DNA from: an uncultured Lachnospiraceae bacterium
GTDB taxonomy: Bacteria > Bacillota > Clostridia > Lachnospirales > Lachnospiraceae
Length of the DNA: 64,000 nt
Assembly (NCBI GenBank): GCA_902775485.1
Contig: CACYMJ010000002.1
Span: 48,031-112,030 of the forward strand
Reading direction: 5' to 3'
The position numbers were made by a program, and so were the translations under genes. The notes under the pieces are model-generated. The model saw only the letters and a program-made list of their open reading frames with translations. It made no database searches and was not told where the DNA came from. This document shows, piece by piece, positions 49,057 to 57,126 of the stretch; position 1 is the stretch's first letter; each line of letters begins with the position of its first letter.

Positions 49057-50193
49057 TTATACCCCGAACAATTCCGCGAGCGCATCCTCGTCTATCTTTG
49101 AGCCGATAACGCAGAGCCTTCCGGTGTAATCCGCCGAACCCTCACGTATTTCGGACTCTCCCGGTGTCATATCAAAGTGCAGCCATCTGCCGTCCGTTGA
49201 AGGAACTATACCCTTGGCACGCAGCACCTGTCCGAACTGTCCGAAATCAGCCAGTTTGTCAAGCATGGCTTTAAGCTCGTCTTTATCAAATTTCTTCGGC
49301 GTTTCAACACCCCAGCTTGTAAACACCTCATCAGCATCATGATCGTGATGGTGGTGATGATCGTGGCCGCAGCAACCATGCTCGTGGTCATGGTCGTGGT
49401 CGTGATGATGTTCATGCTCATCGTGATCATGGTCGTGATGATGTTCATGCTCGTGGTCGTGGTCATGGTCATGATCGTGGTGCTCATGGTCGTGTTCATC
49501 TTCATCATGGTGATGGTGCCCGCACGAACATACGCCGTTCTCATCATAATGGTGCTCGTGATGGTGGTGCTCATGTTCAAGTTCATGCTCAAGCGCCTTT
49601 GCATCGCTCATGGCCCCGAAGATCACCTTGCCGTCAATATCATCCCACGGCGTTGTGATAAGCGCCGCTTCATGATTTTTATCTCTTACAAGCTTAACAA
49701 CTTCTTCAAGTTTTTCATCCGTAACATCCTGCGTACGCGAGAGCACGATACACCTGGCTGTTTCTATCTGGTTATTGAAAAACTCACCGAAGTTTTTCAT
49801 ATATACCTTTGCCTTCTTGGCATCCACAACAGCAGTTGTCGTTGCGATCTCAAGTCCGGCATCTGCTGCAACATCGAGAACCGCCCTTTCAACATCCGAC
49901 AGTTTTCCGACACCTGAAGGCTCTATTACGATCCTTGCCGGATGATACTCATCAACGACCTTTTTAAGTGCGGTTGCAAAATCGCCCACCAGCGAGCAGC
50001 ATATGCATCCGCTGTTCATCTCGGTGATGTTTATTCCGGCATCTTTTAAAAATCCTCCGTCAATTCCGATCTCGCCGAATTCATTTTCTATCAGGACTAT
50101 CTGCTGGCCTGCAAACACATCGGCGATCAGCTTTTTTATGAGTGTTGTCTTTCCGGCTCCCAAAAAGCCCGATATTATATCAACTTTTGTCAT
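49057..50193 (-). CDS. COG0523-family metallochaperone GTPase with a very long His/Asp/Glu tract
   Basis: ISGFLGAGKTTLI P-loop, GCICCS (CxCC), about 87 aa of H/D/E-rich sequence, then a CobW_C domain. Confidence 0.85.
   Translation of the reverse strand: MTKVDIISGFLGAGKTTLIKKLIADVFAGQQIVLIENEFGEIGIDGGFLKDAGINITEMNSGCICCSLVGDFATALKKVVDEYHPARIVIEPSGVGKLSDVERAVLDVAADAGLEIATTTAVVDAKKAKVYMKNFGEFFNNQIETARCIVLSRTQDVTDEKLEEVVKLVRDKNHEAALITTPWDDIDGKVIFGAMSDAKALEHELEHEHHHHEHHYDENGVCSCGHHHHDEDEHDHEHHDHDHDHDHEHEHHHDHDHDEHEHHHDHDHDHEHGCCGHDHHHHHDHDADEVFTSWGVETPKKFDKDELKAMLDKLADFGQFGQVLRAKGIVPSTDGRWLHFDMTPGESEIREGSADYTGRLCVIGSKIDEDALAELFGV
49333..49593 (-). repeat. His/Asp/Glu-rich low-complexity coding tract with an internal in-frame duplication
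   Basis: The 22-nt ggtcgtgatgatgttcatgctc occurs at 49398-49419 and at 49431-49452, 33 nt apart. Confidence 0.9.
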
Positions 50194-50213
50194 TTTCTTC
50201 CTCCCTGGATCAT

Positions 50214-51182
50214 CTACAATGGTTTAAACAATAAGACAAAAACGGCGCACACAATAAACTGGATCATCGCAAACCTGAACACCACCTGCGTATTGGACCA
50301 TTCATCGACCTTTCGTGCCTGATCATGCAGCGGACAACGTGTGTTTACAAGTATCTTTATCTTAAGGAAACGCAGAAGCGCCACTTTCAGCAGTCCCAGT
50401 CCGCCGTCAAGTATCATGACGATTGCAAACGGAACATACAAAAGAGGGTAACCGCTCATAAGCGCCATTATCGCGATCAGCATGCCCATGGCACGGCTTC
50501 CCGCATCTCCCATCAGCATACTGCTCGGATTAGCGTTATACCACAGATATGCCGCAAGCACAACGATAAAATAGATCACGTTTAAGAGCATATCCGAGAA
50601 TCCGCATATATCGATTATCAACGCAAAGCTGCCAAGCGTGATGATCGTAAGCGTCGCGGACAGACCGTCCACACCGTCGGTGCAGTTCGTCACGTTTATC
50701 GACATCCACACGAGCGCAACTATCAGTACCCCCGCAAGCCACATGGGGATCGTTATCTCCAGCTGCCACGGCATTTCCATTATCCTGAACGTATTACCGT
50801 TAAAGTACAGATACGTGACTGCCGTCACTATGCCGAGTCCGAGATCGAGTGCACCTTTAAGATATTCATTCCACGGTTTTTCGGATGCGTCATCGAAATA
50901 ACCGGTAAGCATGGTCGCGGTGATCACAAGAAGATAAATGATCTTCTCCACATAAATTCGGTCGAAAAGGATCGCGGCAGCAACATATACGAGCACAAAA
51001 ATGATGCCGGCACCCCTTGCCTTGCCTTTCGAGAGCGTGCCTTCAACGGCAAACGCCCTTCCCTGATCGTGCGGAAGCCGCCCCGACAGGGCCTTCATCA
51101 GAAAAAAAGTAGCAAAAAACGCAAACAAAACACCGGTGATCGGAATAAATGCCGCAAAAGGACCGGCTATATGATAGATCAT
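50214..51182 (-). CDS. MraY-like glycosyltransferase family 4 (polyprenyl-phosphate sugar-phosphate transferase) paralog
   Basis: GYFDD, NVTNCTDGVDGLS, LMGDAGSRA, CPLHDQ mirror the MraY motifs but diverge from the canonical sequence. Confidence 0.7.
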   Translation of the reverse strand: MIYHIAGPFAAFIPITGVLFAFFATFFLMKALSGRLPHDQGRAFAVEGTLSKGKARGAGIIFVLVYVAAAILFDRIYVEKIIYLLVITATMLTGYFDDASEKPWNEYLKGALDLGLGIVTAVTYLYFNGNTFRIMEMPWQLEITIPMWLAGVLIVALVWMSINVTNCTDGVDGLSATLTIITLGSFALIIDICGFSDMLLNVIYFIVVLAAYLWYNANPSSMLMGDAGSRAMGMLIAIMALMSGYPLLYVPFAIVMILDGGLGLLKVALLRFLKIKILVNTRCPLHDQARKVDEWSNTQVVFRFAMIQFIVCAVFVLLFKPL

Positions 51183-51221
51183 AAAACACCTCTTAATCGA
51201 TAATCTTTATTCAGGTTTACA

Positions 51222-51248
51222 AACCAAAAGCGTCGGAAACCGACGCTT
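51222..51248 (-). terminator. intrinsic terminator of hsp20
   Basis: On the minus strand: aagcgtcgg-ttt-ccgacgctt followed by ttggttt. Confidence 0.65.
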
Positions 51249-51322
51249 CTGATTATACCCTAATTGTTTCGAGTTGCAAATATGACTTATCCGCTTATCG
51301 CCATTTTCATATCAGCTTTTTA

Positions 51323-51760
51323 TCATCCCTCGATCGAGATATATTTTCTCTCTTCTACAGGCGGCTCAACCTCTTTCTTCGGAACGAATACCTTAAGTAT
51401 TCCGTCTTCGAATTTGGCCTTGATATCATTCTCTTCAATAGCCTCGCCAACATAGAAGCTTCTTGAGCAGCTGCCGAAGGTTCTCTCGCGGCGGATATAT
51501 GTTCCGTCCTCTGCCTTCTCTTCATGCTCTTCATCCGCTTTTGCGCTTACCGTTAAGTATCCTTCCTTAAGCTCTGCGGAAATGTTCTCTTTCTTGTACC
51601 CCGGAAGATCGATATCAAGCGTAAAGCCTTTATCGTTTTCCTTAACATCCGTTCTCATTACCTGAGGGACCGGAGTCTGTCTGATGGCCTTAATAGGTCT
51701 CGAGACGGTGTCAAAAAAGTCATCAAAAAGGTTTTCACCGAAAATACTGGGCATCAACAT
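51323..51760 (-). CDS. Hsp20/alpha-crystallin family small heat-shock protein
   Basis: MRTDVKENDKGFTLDIDLPGYKKENI…GILKVFVPK. Confidence 0.9.
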   Translation of the reverse strand: MLMPSIFGENLFDDFFDTVSRPIKAIRQTPVPQVMRTDVKENDKGFTLDIDLPGYKKENISAELKEGYLTVSAKADEEHEEKAEDGTYIRRERTFGSCSRSFYVGEAIEENDIKAKFEDGILKVFVPKKEVEPPVEERKYISIEG

Positions 51761-51832
51761 AAGTCATTCCTCCTTTATATCAGATCCGAAGATCTTTGTT
51801 TTTCAATTTCTGACTATGTTATACCACCATTG

Positions 51833-51859
51833 TTAGCACTCGTCAATCATGAGTGCTAA
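51833..51859. promoter_or_regulatory. CIRCE operator (HrcA binding site)
   Basis: TTAGCACTC-gtcaatcat-GAGTGCTAA is a perfect match to the consensus TTAGCACTC-N9-GAGTGCTAA, upstream of hsp20. Confidence 0.9.
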
Positions 51860-51885
51860 CAAAAATTGTGAAAATTTTGTGAACC
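51850..51885. repeat. 36-nt direct repeat, copy A (includes the right half of CIRCE)
   Basis: tgagtgctaacaaaaattgtgaaaattttgtgaacc; 34/36 identical to 60095-60130. Confidence 0.9.
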
Positions 51886-51951
51886 TTGATTTTAGCGGGT
51901 TCACAGCTTCGTATTTCTTGTGATCAAATCATTAATCATATAGCCATTTTC

Positions 51952-52938
51952 TTAACATCTGTACTTTTCAGCCATTCCTCGGATGTCCTCACATATCTGT
52001 TTCCTCAGTGATTCCGGCTTTAGCACTTCTACAGAAGGACCATATTGCAACGCCCAGTATTCCATGGCATGAATGTTACAACTCAAGCGTACCGTTATCT
52101 CATTTCCCTTTCCCTTTGTTACAGAAAAGTCCGTTCCAAACCAGTCAACTAGATCCGTCATCTTATCATCAGTAGTCTTGATTGTGATCATCTCACTTGG
52201 GCCTCTGAACATATAAATATGCTCAGCCATGTGTTTGGGCAGATCAAATCCCCTTTCATACCCAGAAATAAGCTTAAGCGGCTTTACTCTCTCATTAAGC
52301 ATTTCCACTTCCGTCATCCTGTCAATTCTAAGGTGTGCGATATTGTCATATTTCTCATAGTTTCCAATAAGATAAAATCGACCATTATTGGCAACAATCT
52401 CGTACGGATTAAAAACTGAAGGTTCCTTTTTCTTAGGATGAAGTTTAAAATCCGTCCCAACCTCGTTATACAGGAAACTGATCTTCTTTCGCTCAGAAAT
52501 GGCATCATTGATTGTATCAAGCGCATACATGGCCTGTTTGTTGATTGTACGATTCAAACTCGGGAGGTTCTTAATATGCGAAACCTTTGCAATAAAGAAA
52601 TCGCTGGCAAACTCTTTTAACTTTTCTATTAGTCCCTGTGCCTGCTTGGTCGAGATAGACTTGGAGAACAACACGCTGTCGATCAGAATTCTAAGTTCGG
52701 CATCATCAAACTCGCGGGTAATAAGATAATATCCCTTATCCATTGATATCTCATATCCCAGTTCCACAAGATGTTCAACATTATTCTTAACGGATCTCCT
52801 ATCACATTCCATCCCATAGTTCTGCTTAAGGAGCTTAATGATCTGCTGCTGTGTAAGCGGATGCTTTTCATCAGAGTATTTCCTTAAAACCTCCAGGATA
52901 AGCATATTAAGCATCTTCTTATTTCCGGTAGCGTACAT
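51952..52938 (-). CDS. WYL-domain transcriptional regulator (wHTH + WYL + C-terminal extension)
   Basis: N-terminal wHTH (LNMLILEVLRKYSDEKHPLTQQQI…). WYL core FNPYEIVANNGRFYLIGNYEKYDNIAHLRIDRM. Confidence 0.8.
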   Translation of the reverse strand: MYATGNKKMLNMLILEVLRKYSDEKHPLTQQQIIKLLKQNYGMECDRRSVKNNVEHLVELGYEISMDKGYYLITREFDDAELRILIDSVLFSKSISTKQAQGLIEKLKEFASDFFIAKVSHIKNLPSLNRTINKQAMYALDTINDAISERKKISFLYNEVGTDFKLHPKKKEPSVFNPYEIVANNGRFYLIGNYEKYDNIAHLRIDRMTEVEMLNERVKPLKLISGYERGFDLPKHMAEHIYMFRGPSEMITIKTTDDKMTDLVDWFGTDFSVTKGKGNEITVRLSCNIHAMEYWALQYGPSVEVLKPESLRKQICEDIRGMAEKYRC

Positions 52939-53027
52939 AGTAAATCCTCCCGCAGGTGATGTTCCAATGAATGCACATTATTTTGTACGTCTAAAGTATA
53001 CTAATGATCACATATGATTACAATAGC

Positions 53028-53480
53028 CTAGTCTGTGAACGGTTCTTCCTCCATAGTATTTGGAACCATAGCAAGGATTTCCTCGGGCAACATAGACTTC
53101 AGTTTCTTTTCTGCAATTCCACGGCAGTCACCAAACTGGATGATTAGTGCTCCCTTAAGGTAGATAAGATAGGTCAATCCTTCGTAAGAAGAGAACCCCT
53201 GTGAAAAAAACGATGACCATCCAATATCTTCGACATTTTCATGGTCAGTTCCGTCAAGGACCAGAATGATAAGTTCATATAACCACTTCTCCATTGAATA
53301 CTTATTCAAGTTCACTATTTCGTCTTCAAGTTTCAGAAGACCGTACTCCCTTGCTGCAATGGCGTATTTCATTACCAGTTCACATGCTCCTATAACCTTC
53401 CTCGCTTTTGCCCTGTCGAACTCGTCTGTAGCTATCTCGCCTATCACCCTTTTTAATTCATCGTAAAACAGTCTGTCCAT
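53028..53480 (-). CDS. soluble protein resembling the cytoplasmic domain of MotA stator proteins
   Basis: AAREYGLLKLEDEI…LYELIILVLDGTDHENVEDI parallels MotA ARREGLLALE…GIQLVVDGTDPE..R.ILE. No TM helices. The Met at 53480 has a strong aaggagg RBS. Confidence 0.4.
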   Translation of the reverse strand: MDRLFYDELKRVIGEIATDEFDRAKARKVIGACELVMKYAIAAREYGLLKLEDEIVNLNKYSMEKWLYELIILVLDGTDHENVEDIGWSSFFSQGFSSYEGLTYLIYLKGALIIQFGDCRGIAEKKLKSMLPEEILAMVPNTMEEEPFTD

Positions 53481-53732
53481 ATCTCTTCCTCCTTTCCGGT
53501 ATACCCGTTTCATGGCTTTTATGTGATCTAAATCTATCATGATACGCATCGCAAGAACGTCATTTTGCCGTCGCGGTCACGTGGGAATTATGTGCACTAT
53601 ATTGTACATTTATGTCGCACCTCGCGACACCAAATTGTCGTTTTGCAAAGTCTGAAGATGATACACTCTGCTCACAAGCTCGATCAATTAAATATGGAAC
53701 ATAACAATCACACTTAGAATGGAGGGTTGCAC

Positions 53733-53918
53733 ATGAATATCAGATTAACAGCAAGAGGAATGGCAATGGTGAAAAAAATGAACATGGCATCAGATACACT
53801 TACAGTACAAAGACCGGAATACAGGCAGTTCACCCTGATCAGAATCGACGGTAAAGGTAAGGCAATTTCGAAGAAAAAGGTTATGGTCAACATGAACAGA
53901 TACTTCAAAGTAGCTTGA
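53733..53918 (+). CDS. small basic Met/Lys-rich protein (61 aa)
   Basis: ggaggg RBS 6 nt upstream of the ATG. Immediately followed by a strong terminator. Confidence 0.4.
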   Translation: MNIRLTARGMAMVKKMNMASDTLTVQRPEYRQFTLIRIDGKGKAISKKKVMVNMNRYFKVA

Positions 53919-53919
53919 C

Positions 53920-53946
53920 GAGGGGAGAAAATCCCCTCCTCTTTTT
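53920..53946 (+). terminator. intrinsic terminator or attenuator between the small ORF and the AAA+ operon
   Basis: gagggg-agaaaat-cccctc followed by ctcttttt. Confidence 0.7.
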
Positions 53947-53978
53947 CCCAAAAGCTCACACTTCAAGGAGAATATATC

Positions 53979-54404
53979 ATGAATATCAGACAAATCAACG
54001 GAAAGCATATAAAAGAGATCCTCGATAAGATCGGTCCCAATGATGCAGTTATACGTACAAAAAATGAGTGGGCATTTTCCGTATACTATTCAGAGCGCAG
54101 TGTGAACACCATCACGATAGAGATGTGCCTCAATACCGATTATCAGGGGGATCCTCTCTTTGATCCTTTGATGAGGATAGAACTTGATCTGGATTCTAAC
54201 GGAAATATTACTGAAGCTAAACCGCTTTATTATCTGAGCAGGACTCTTTTCTATACTGAGGAAATCTATTCCGAGGGCAACCCGGCTTGCTATAACCCAA
54301 AGCTTTACAAAAGGTCCAACGAACTGGATTCCCGCCTTTCAGAATGGCTTGAAATGCTTTGGATACAGGGATATATGACCGAAGGCGTAGTCAGCCCGAT
54401 ATGA
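53979..54404 (+). CDS. hypothetical protein, DUF6908-like (family seen on Firmicute conjugative elements)
   Basis: Pattern …EMCLNTDYQGDPLFDPLMRIELD … LSEWLEMLWIQGY, recalled from DUF6908. From memory only. Confidence 0.4.
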   Translation: MNIRQINGKHIKEILDKIGPNDAVIRTKNEWAFSVYYSERSVNTITIEMCLNTDYQGDPLFDPLMRIELDLDSNGNITEAKPLYYLSRTLFYTEEIYSEGNPACYNPKLYKRSNELDSRLSEWLEMLWIQGYMTEGVVSPI

Positions 54405-54426
54405 TTATCAAATGGAGGAAGAAGAT

Positions 54427-56493
54427 ATGGTACTTTGGGAAACGCAGATAGTCTATAAAGACAAAAAAACCAAGAACATAGGCGCAAAACATCTTATGAT
54501 GGATCCTAATGCAAAACAACCGCAACAAGACTGGGACACCATGATCAGGGGGCTTAATAAGCTTTTGGGCAGGAAATGTGACCCGGATGATAAGATGTCT
54601 GTTTACTTCTATGATGGTGTCCCGGAATGCCTCAATGCTGTTATAGCTTATTCCTCAAGGGATGCATCCTTGGAGTACTGTTTTGATTTTATAAAGGAAA
54701 CGCTTGAAAAGAACTACTCGGTACGAAATATCTCCTTCTCCGAATATAAGGAAATATCTGCCAAAAGGCTTGATTTTCTCGGGGATAAGGCTGATGAAAA
54801 CGGTTATATCAGGCGTTGGCATTTTGAAAGGTCCAATCTTGGGATCGATTATTTCTCCAATAGCCACTTCAAAGTCGAGGAATACATGGAAGAAAAAGAC
54901 TATCCCACTCTGGAAGATGCCAAAAAAGCAGGTGACGACATAATGGCCGATGCGACTCTTATCGAAGAACTGGAGCGCATCTACTCCGACCAGAACGAGA
55001 AGAAATACTATGGAAATCCGGTTCATTACAAAATCTGTGCATCCGGCACAAAAGCCGCGATGGACATCGTGGATCTTATGGTTCCAGCGCTCATAGCCAA
55101 TAAAAGGCTTTGTGGAAGACGAATATTGAAGATCCACAATATCGGCGAAGGCTGTTATGACGAAGCGGATTTTGAGCATATGTTCAAATCTGCCCAGGGA
55201 AACACTGTCGTCATCGAGATGTGCGGAACTAACGAAGACCACGGAAACTATGCTAATGCCTATCAACAAGTTGTTGATTATATCGACTATATCATTGATA
55301 AATATCATTTGAACACATTATGTTTCTTTGTTGAGATAAAAGACAAATCTGGCTTTACAGACAGTCTAATTTCCAAGGTAACCGAAAATATCCAGATAAT
55401 CAAAATCAACGAGGGGTATGGAGATAAGAAGCAGGCGAAAACCTATCTTACGAATCTCGCGCAGAAGGAATCCTTTGATATTACCGAAGAAGAACTCGAA
55501 AAGGCCCTCGGAAACAAAAAGATGTTCAGCGTCGAGGAAATCTACCACATTTATGAGAAATGGTTCAAAGACGGGCTTCGCACTCACATTTACAAAGCCT
55601 ATAAAGATTACGGATTCTACTGCGAAGCGCTTAAGGATCGAAGCAGCGCCCCTTATGATGAACTTCAAAAGATGGTTGGTCTCACAGAGATCAAGCAGGT
55701 TATCGACGAGATCATCGACGCCGGAAAAGTACGTAAGATCCGGACCAACATGGGCTTAAACGCAAAAAAATCATCTCTACATATGGTCTTTACCGGCAAT
55801 CCAGGAAGCGCCAAAACGACTGTTGCAAGGCTCATTGCACAGATTCTCCGTAAAGAAGACATAGTCGATGGTGGTAAATTCGTGGAATGTGGTCGAGCCG
55901 ATCTGATCGCCAAGTATGTTGGATGGACAGCCAAAACCGTTCGTTCAAAATTCAGGGAGGCAAAAGGAGGCATCCTGTTTATTGACGAGGCTTATTCACT
56001 CGTTGATGGCAGCAACTCATTTGGCGATGAGGCCATCAATACCATAGTACAGGAAATGGAAAACCACAGAGAAGACGTGATCGTAATATTTGCCGGCTAT
56101 CCTGACAAGATGAAGGATTTCTTGGACAAAAACGAAGGATTGCGAAGCCGCATAGCTTTCCATCTTGATTTTCCTGACTACACTCCGGACGAAATGGTAG
56201 ATATCCTAAAGCTAATGGCTGATCAGCACGGATATAAACTTGAGAAAGCCGCATTTTCAAAGTGCCATGAAATCTTTGAGAGTGCCTGTCGGGAAGATGA
56301 CTTTGGAAATGGTCGTTTTGTCCGTAATCTACTTGAACAAGCTGAGCTGGCCCAGGCGCATCGGATCGCATCCAAAACACGAGGGAACAAGATAAGCAAG
56401 AAATCTCTGGTTACGCTCTCGCCCGAAGATTTTGACGTCAACATCAGCAAGAAGGTAAAAGCTGCTCGTATTCCAATAGGATTTGCTGTGTGA
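54427..56493 (+). CDS. two-domain AAA+ ATPase, SpoVK/CbbX type (degenerate N-terminal module plus active C-terminal module)
   Basis: C-terminal module: VFTGNPGSAKTTVA (Walker A), ILFIDEAYSL (Walker B), IFAGYPDKM, SRIAFHLDFPDYT, GNGRFVRN. The ggagga RBS favours the ATG at 54427. Confidence 0.8.
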   Translation: MVLWETQIVYKDKKTKNIGAKHLMMDPNAKQPQQDWDTMIRGLNKLLGRKCDPDDKMSVYFYDGVPECLNAVIAYSSRDASLEYCFDFIKETLEKNYSVRNISFSEYKEISAKRLDFLGDKADENGYIRRWHFERSNLGIDYFSNSHFKVEEYMEEKDYPTLEDAKKAGDDIMADATLIEELERIYSDQNEKKYYGNPVHYKICASGTKAAMDIVDLMVPALIANKRLCGRRILKIHNIGEGCYDEADFEHMFKSAQGNTVVIEMCGTNEDHGNYANAYQQVVDYIDYIIDKYHLNTLCFFVEIKDKSGFTDSLISKVTENIQIIKINEGYGDKKQAKTYLTNLAQKESFDITEEELEKALGNKKMFSVEEIYHIYEKWFKDGLRTHIYKAYKDYGFYCEALKDRSSAPYDELQKMVGLTEIKQVIDEIIDAGKVRKIRTNMGLNAKKSSLHMVFTGNPGSAKTTVARLIAQILRKEDIVDGGKFVECGRADLIAKYVGWTAKTVRSKFREAKGGILFIDEAYSLVDGSNSFGDEAINTIVQEMENHREDVIVIFAGYPDKMKDFLDKNEGLRSRIAFHLDFPDYTPDEMVDILKLMADQHGYKLEKAAFSKCHEIFESACREDDFGNGRFVRNLLEQAELAQAHRIASKTRGNKISKKSLVTLSPEDFDVNISKKVKAARIPIGFAV

Positions 56494-56505
56494 TAGTATA
56501 TTGTT

Positions 56506-57126
56506 ATGACTAAAATGGCGCGGCAATTAAACATATATGCTCAGGTAAGCGAAGTACCTGCCCTCGAAGAGATCTCTTTCGGCGTCATCATCGGTCCAAA
56601 AGAGATTATGAGGGAGTTTGGCATTTCCCAGCGTATGCTCCAGCGTGACCTTAGGGATCTTCGCGATTGCGGTCTGATCAACGTAAAGTATAACAAGGCA
56701 CGAGATATGTATATCCGTCTCGAGACCTCTGCCTTAGATGAGACTGCTGAAGGGCGTCACTTCCAGCACCTGCGGCGCCTTTATCGACTCGGAACACTGA
56801 TATCCAAGTTATCTCGCGTATATCAGAGTGAAATCGACCGCTATGAGTCTCTGGTCCAGGAACTGAACGACTACATCGAATTCTCACAAGAAGATCCCGA
56901 GACATTCCCCCTGGAGGATATAAACGAAATGCGTGAAAGCGCAGAATCCGAATATCCCTATTTCCCCAATCTTAAATCAGAATACTACACGCTCTTTCCA
57001 GACAGTAATGAAAGAACCCGGCAACGCGACTTCAAAGAACTCCGCGATGCCGGATTCGATATTGATTATAATAAGAAATATAAAGCTTATGTCTATTTGA
57101 TTAATGAAAGTTCTATGAGCCGTTAA
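56506..57126 (+). CDS. hypothetical protein with two DeoR/YafY-like wHTH-type segments
   Basis: ISQRMLQRDLRDLRDCGLINV and ERTRQRDFKELRDAGFDIDY both resemble the recognition helix and wing of YafY-type HTH_11. Confidence 0.4.
   Translation: MTKMARQLNIYAQVSEVPALEEISFGVIIGPKEIMREFGISQRMLQRDLRDLRDCGLINVKYNKARDMYIRLETSALDETAEGRHFQHLRRLYRLGTLISKLSRVYQSEIDRYESLVQELNDYIEFSQEDPETFPLEDINEMRESAESEYPYFPNLKSEYYTLFPDSNERTRQRDFKELRDAGFDIDYNKKYKAYVYLINESSMSR

Noticed and set aside
49206-49917. ORFs (132 aa on the minus strand, 192 aa on the plus strand) overlapping the His-rich tract, giving M/T/I- or V/M-rich peptides
   Set aside because: These are low-complexity artefacts of the CAT/CAC/GAT repeat read in other frames or on the other strand.
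51850-51885. Target-site duplication of an IS or transposon
   Set aside because: 36 nt is far longer than typical TSDs. No terminal inverted repeats and no transposase are present. It fits an att-type duplication better.
53028-53480. Zorya system (MotA-like ZorA)
   Set aside because: The protein lacks TM helices and the long ZorA tail. No MotB/ZorB-like or ZorC/D-like genes are nearby.
54655-55308. 217-aa antisense ORF within the AAA+ gene
   Set aside because: Shadow ORF with no RBS. The sense strand is continuous with the Walker-motif module.
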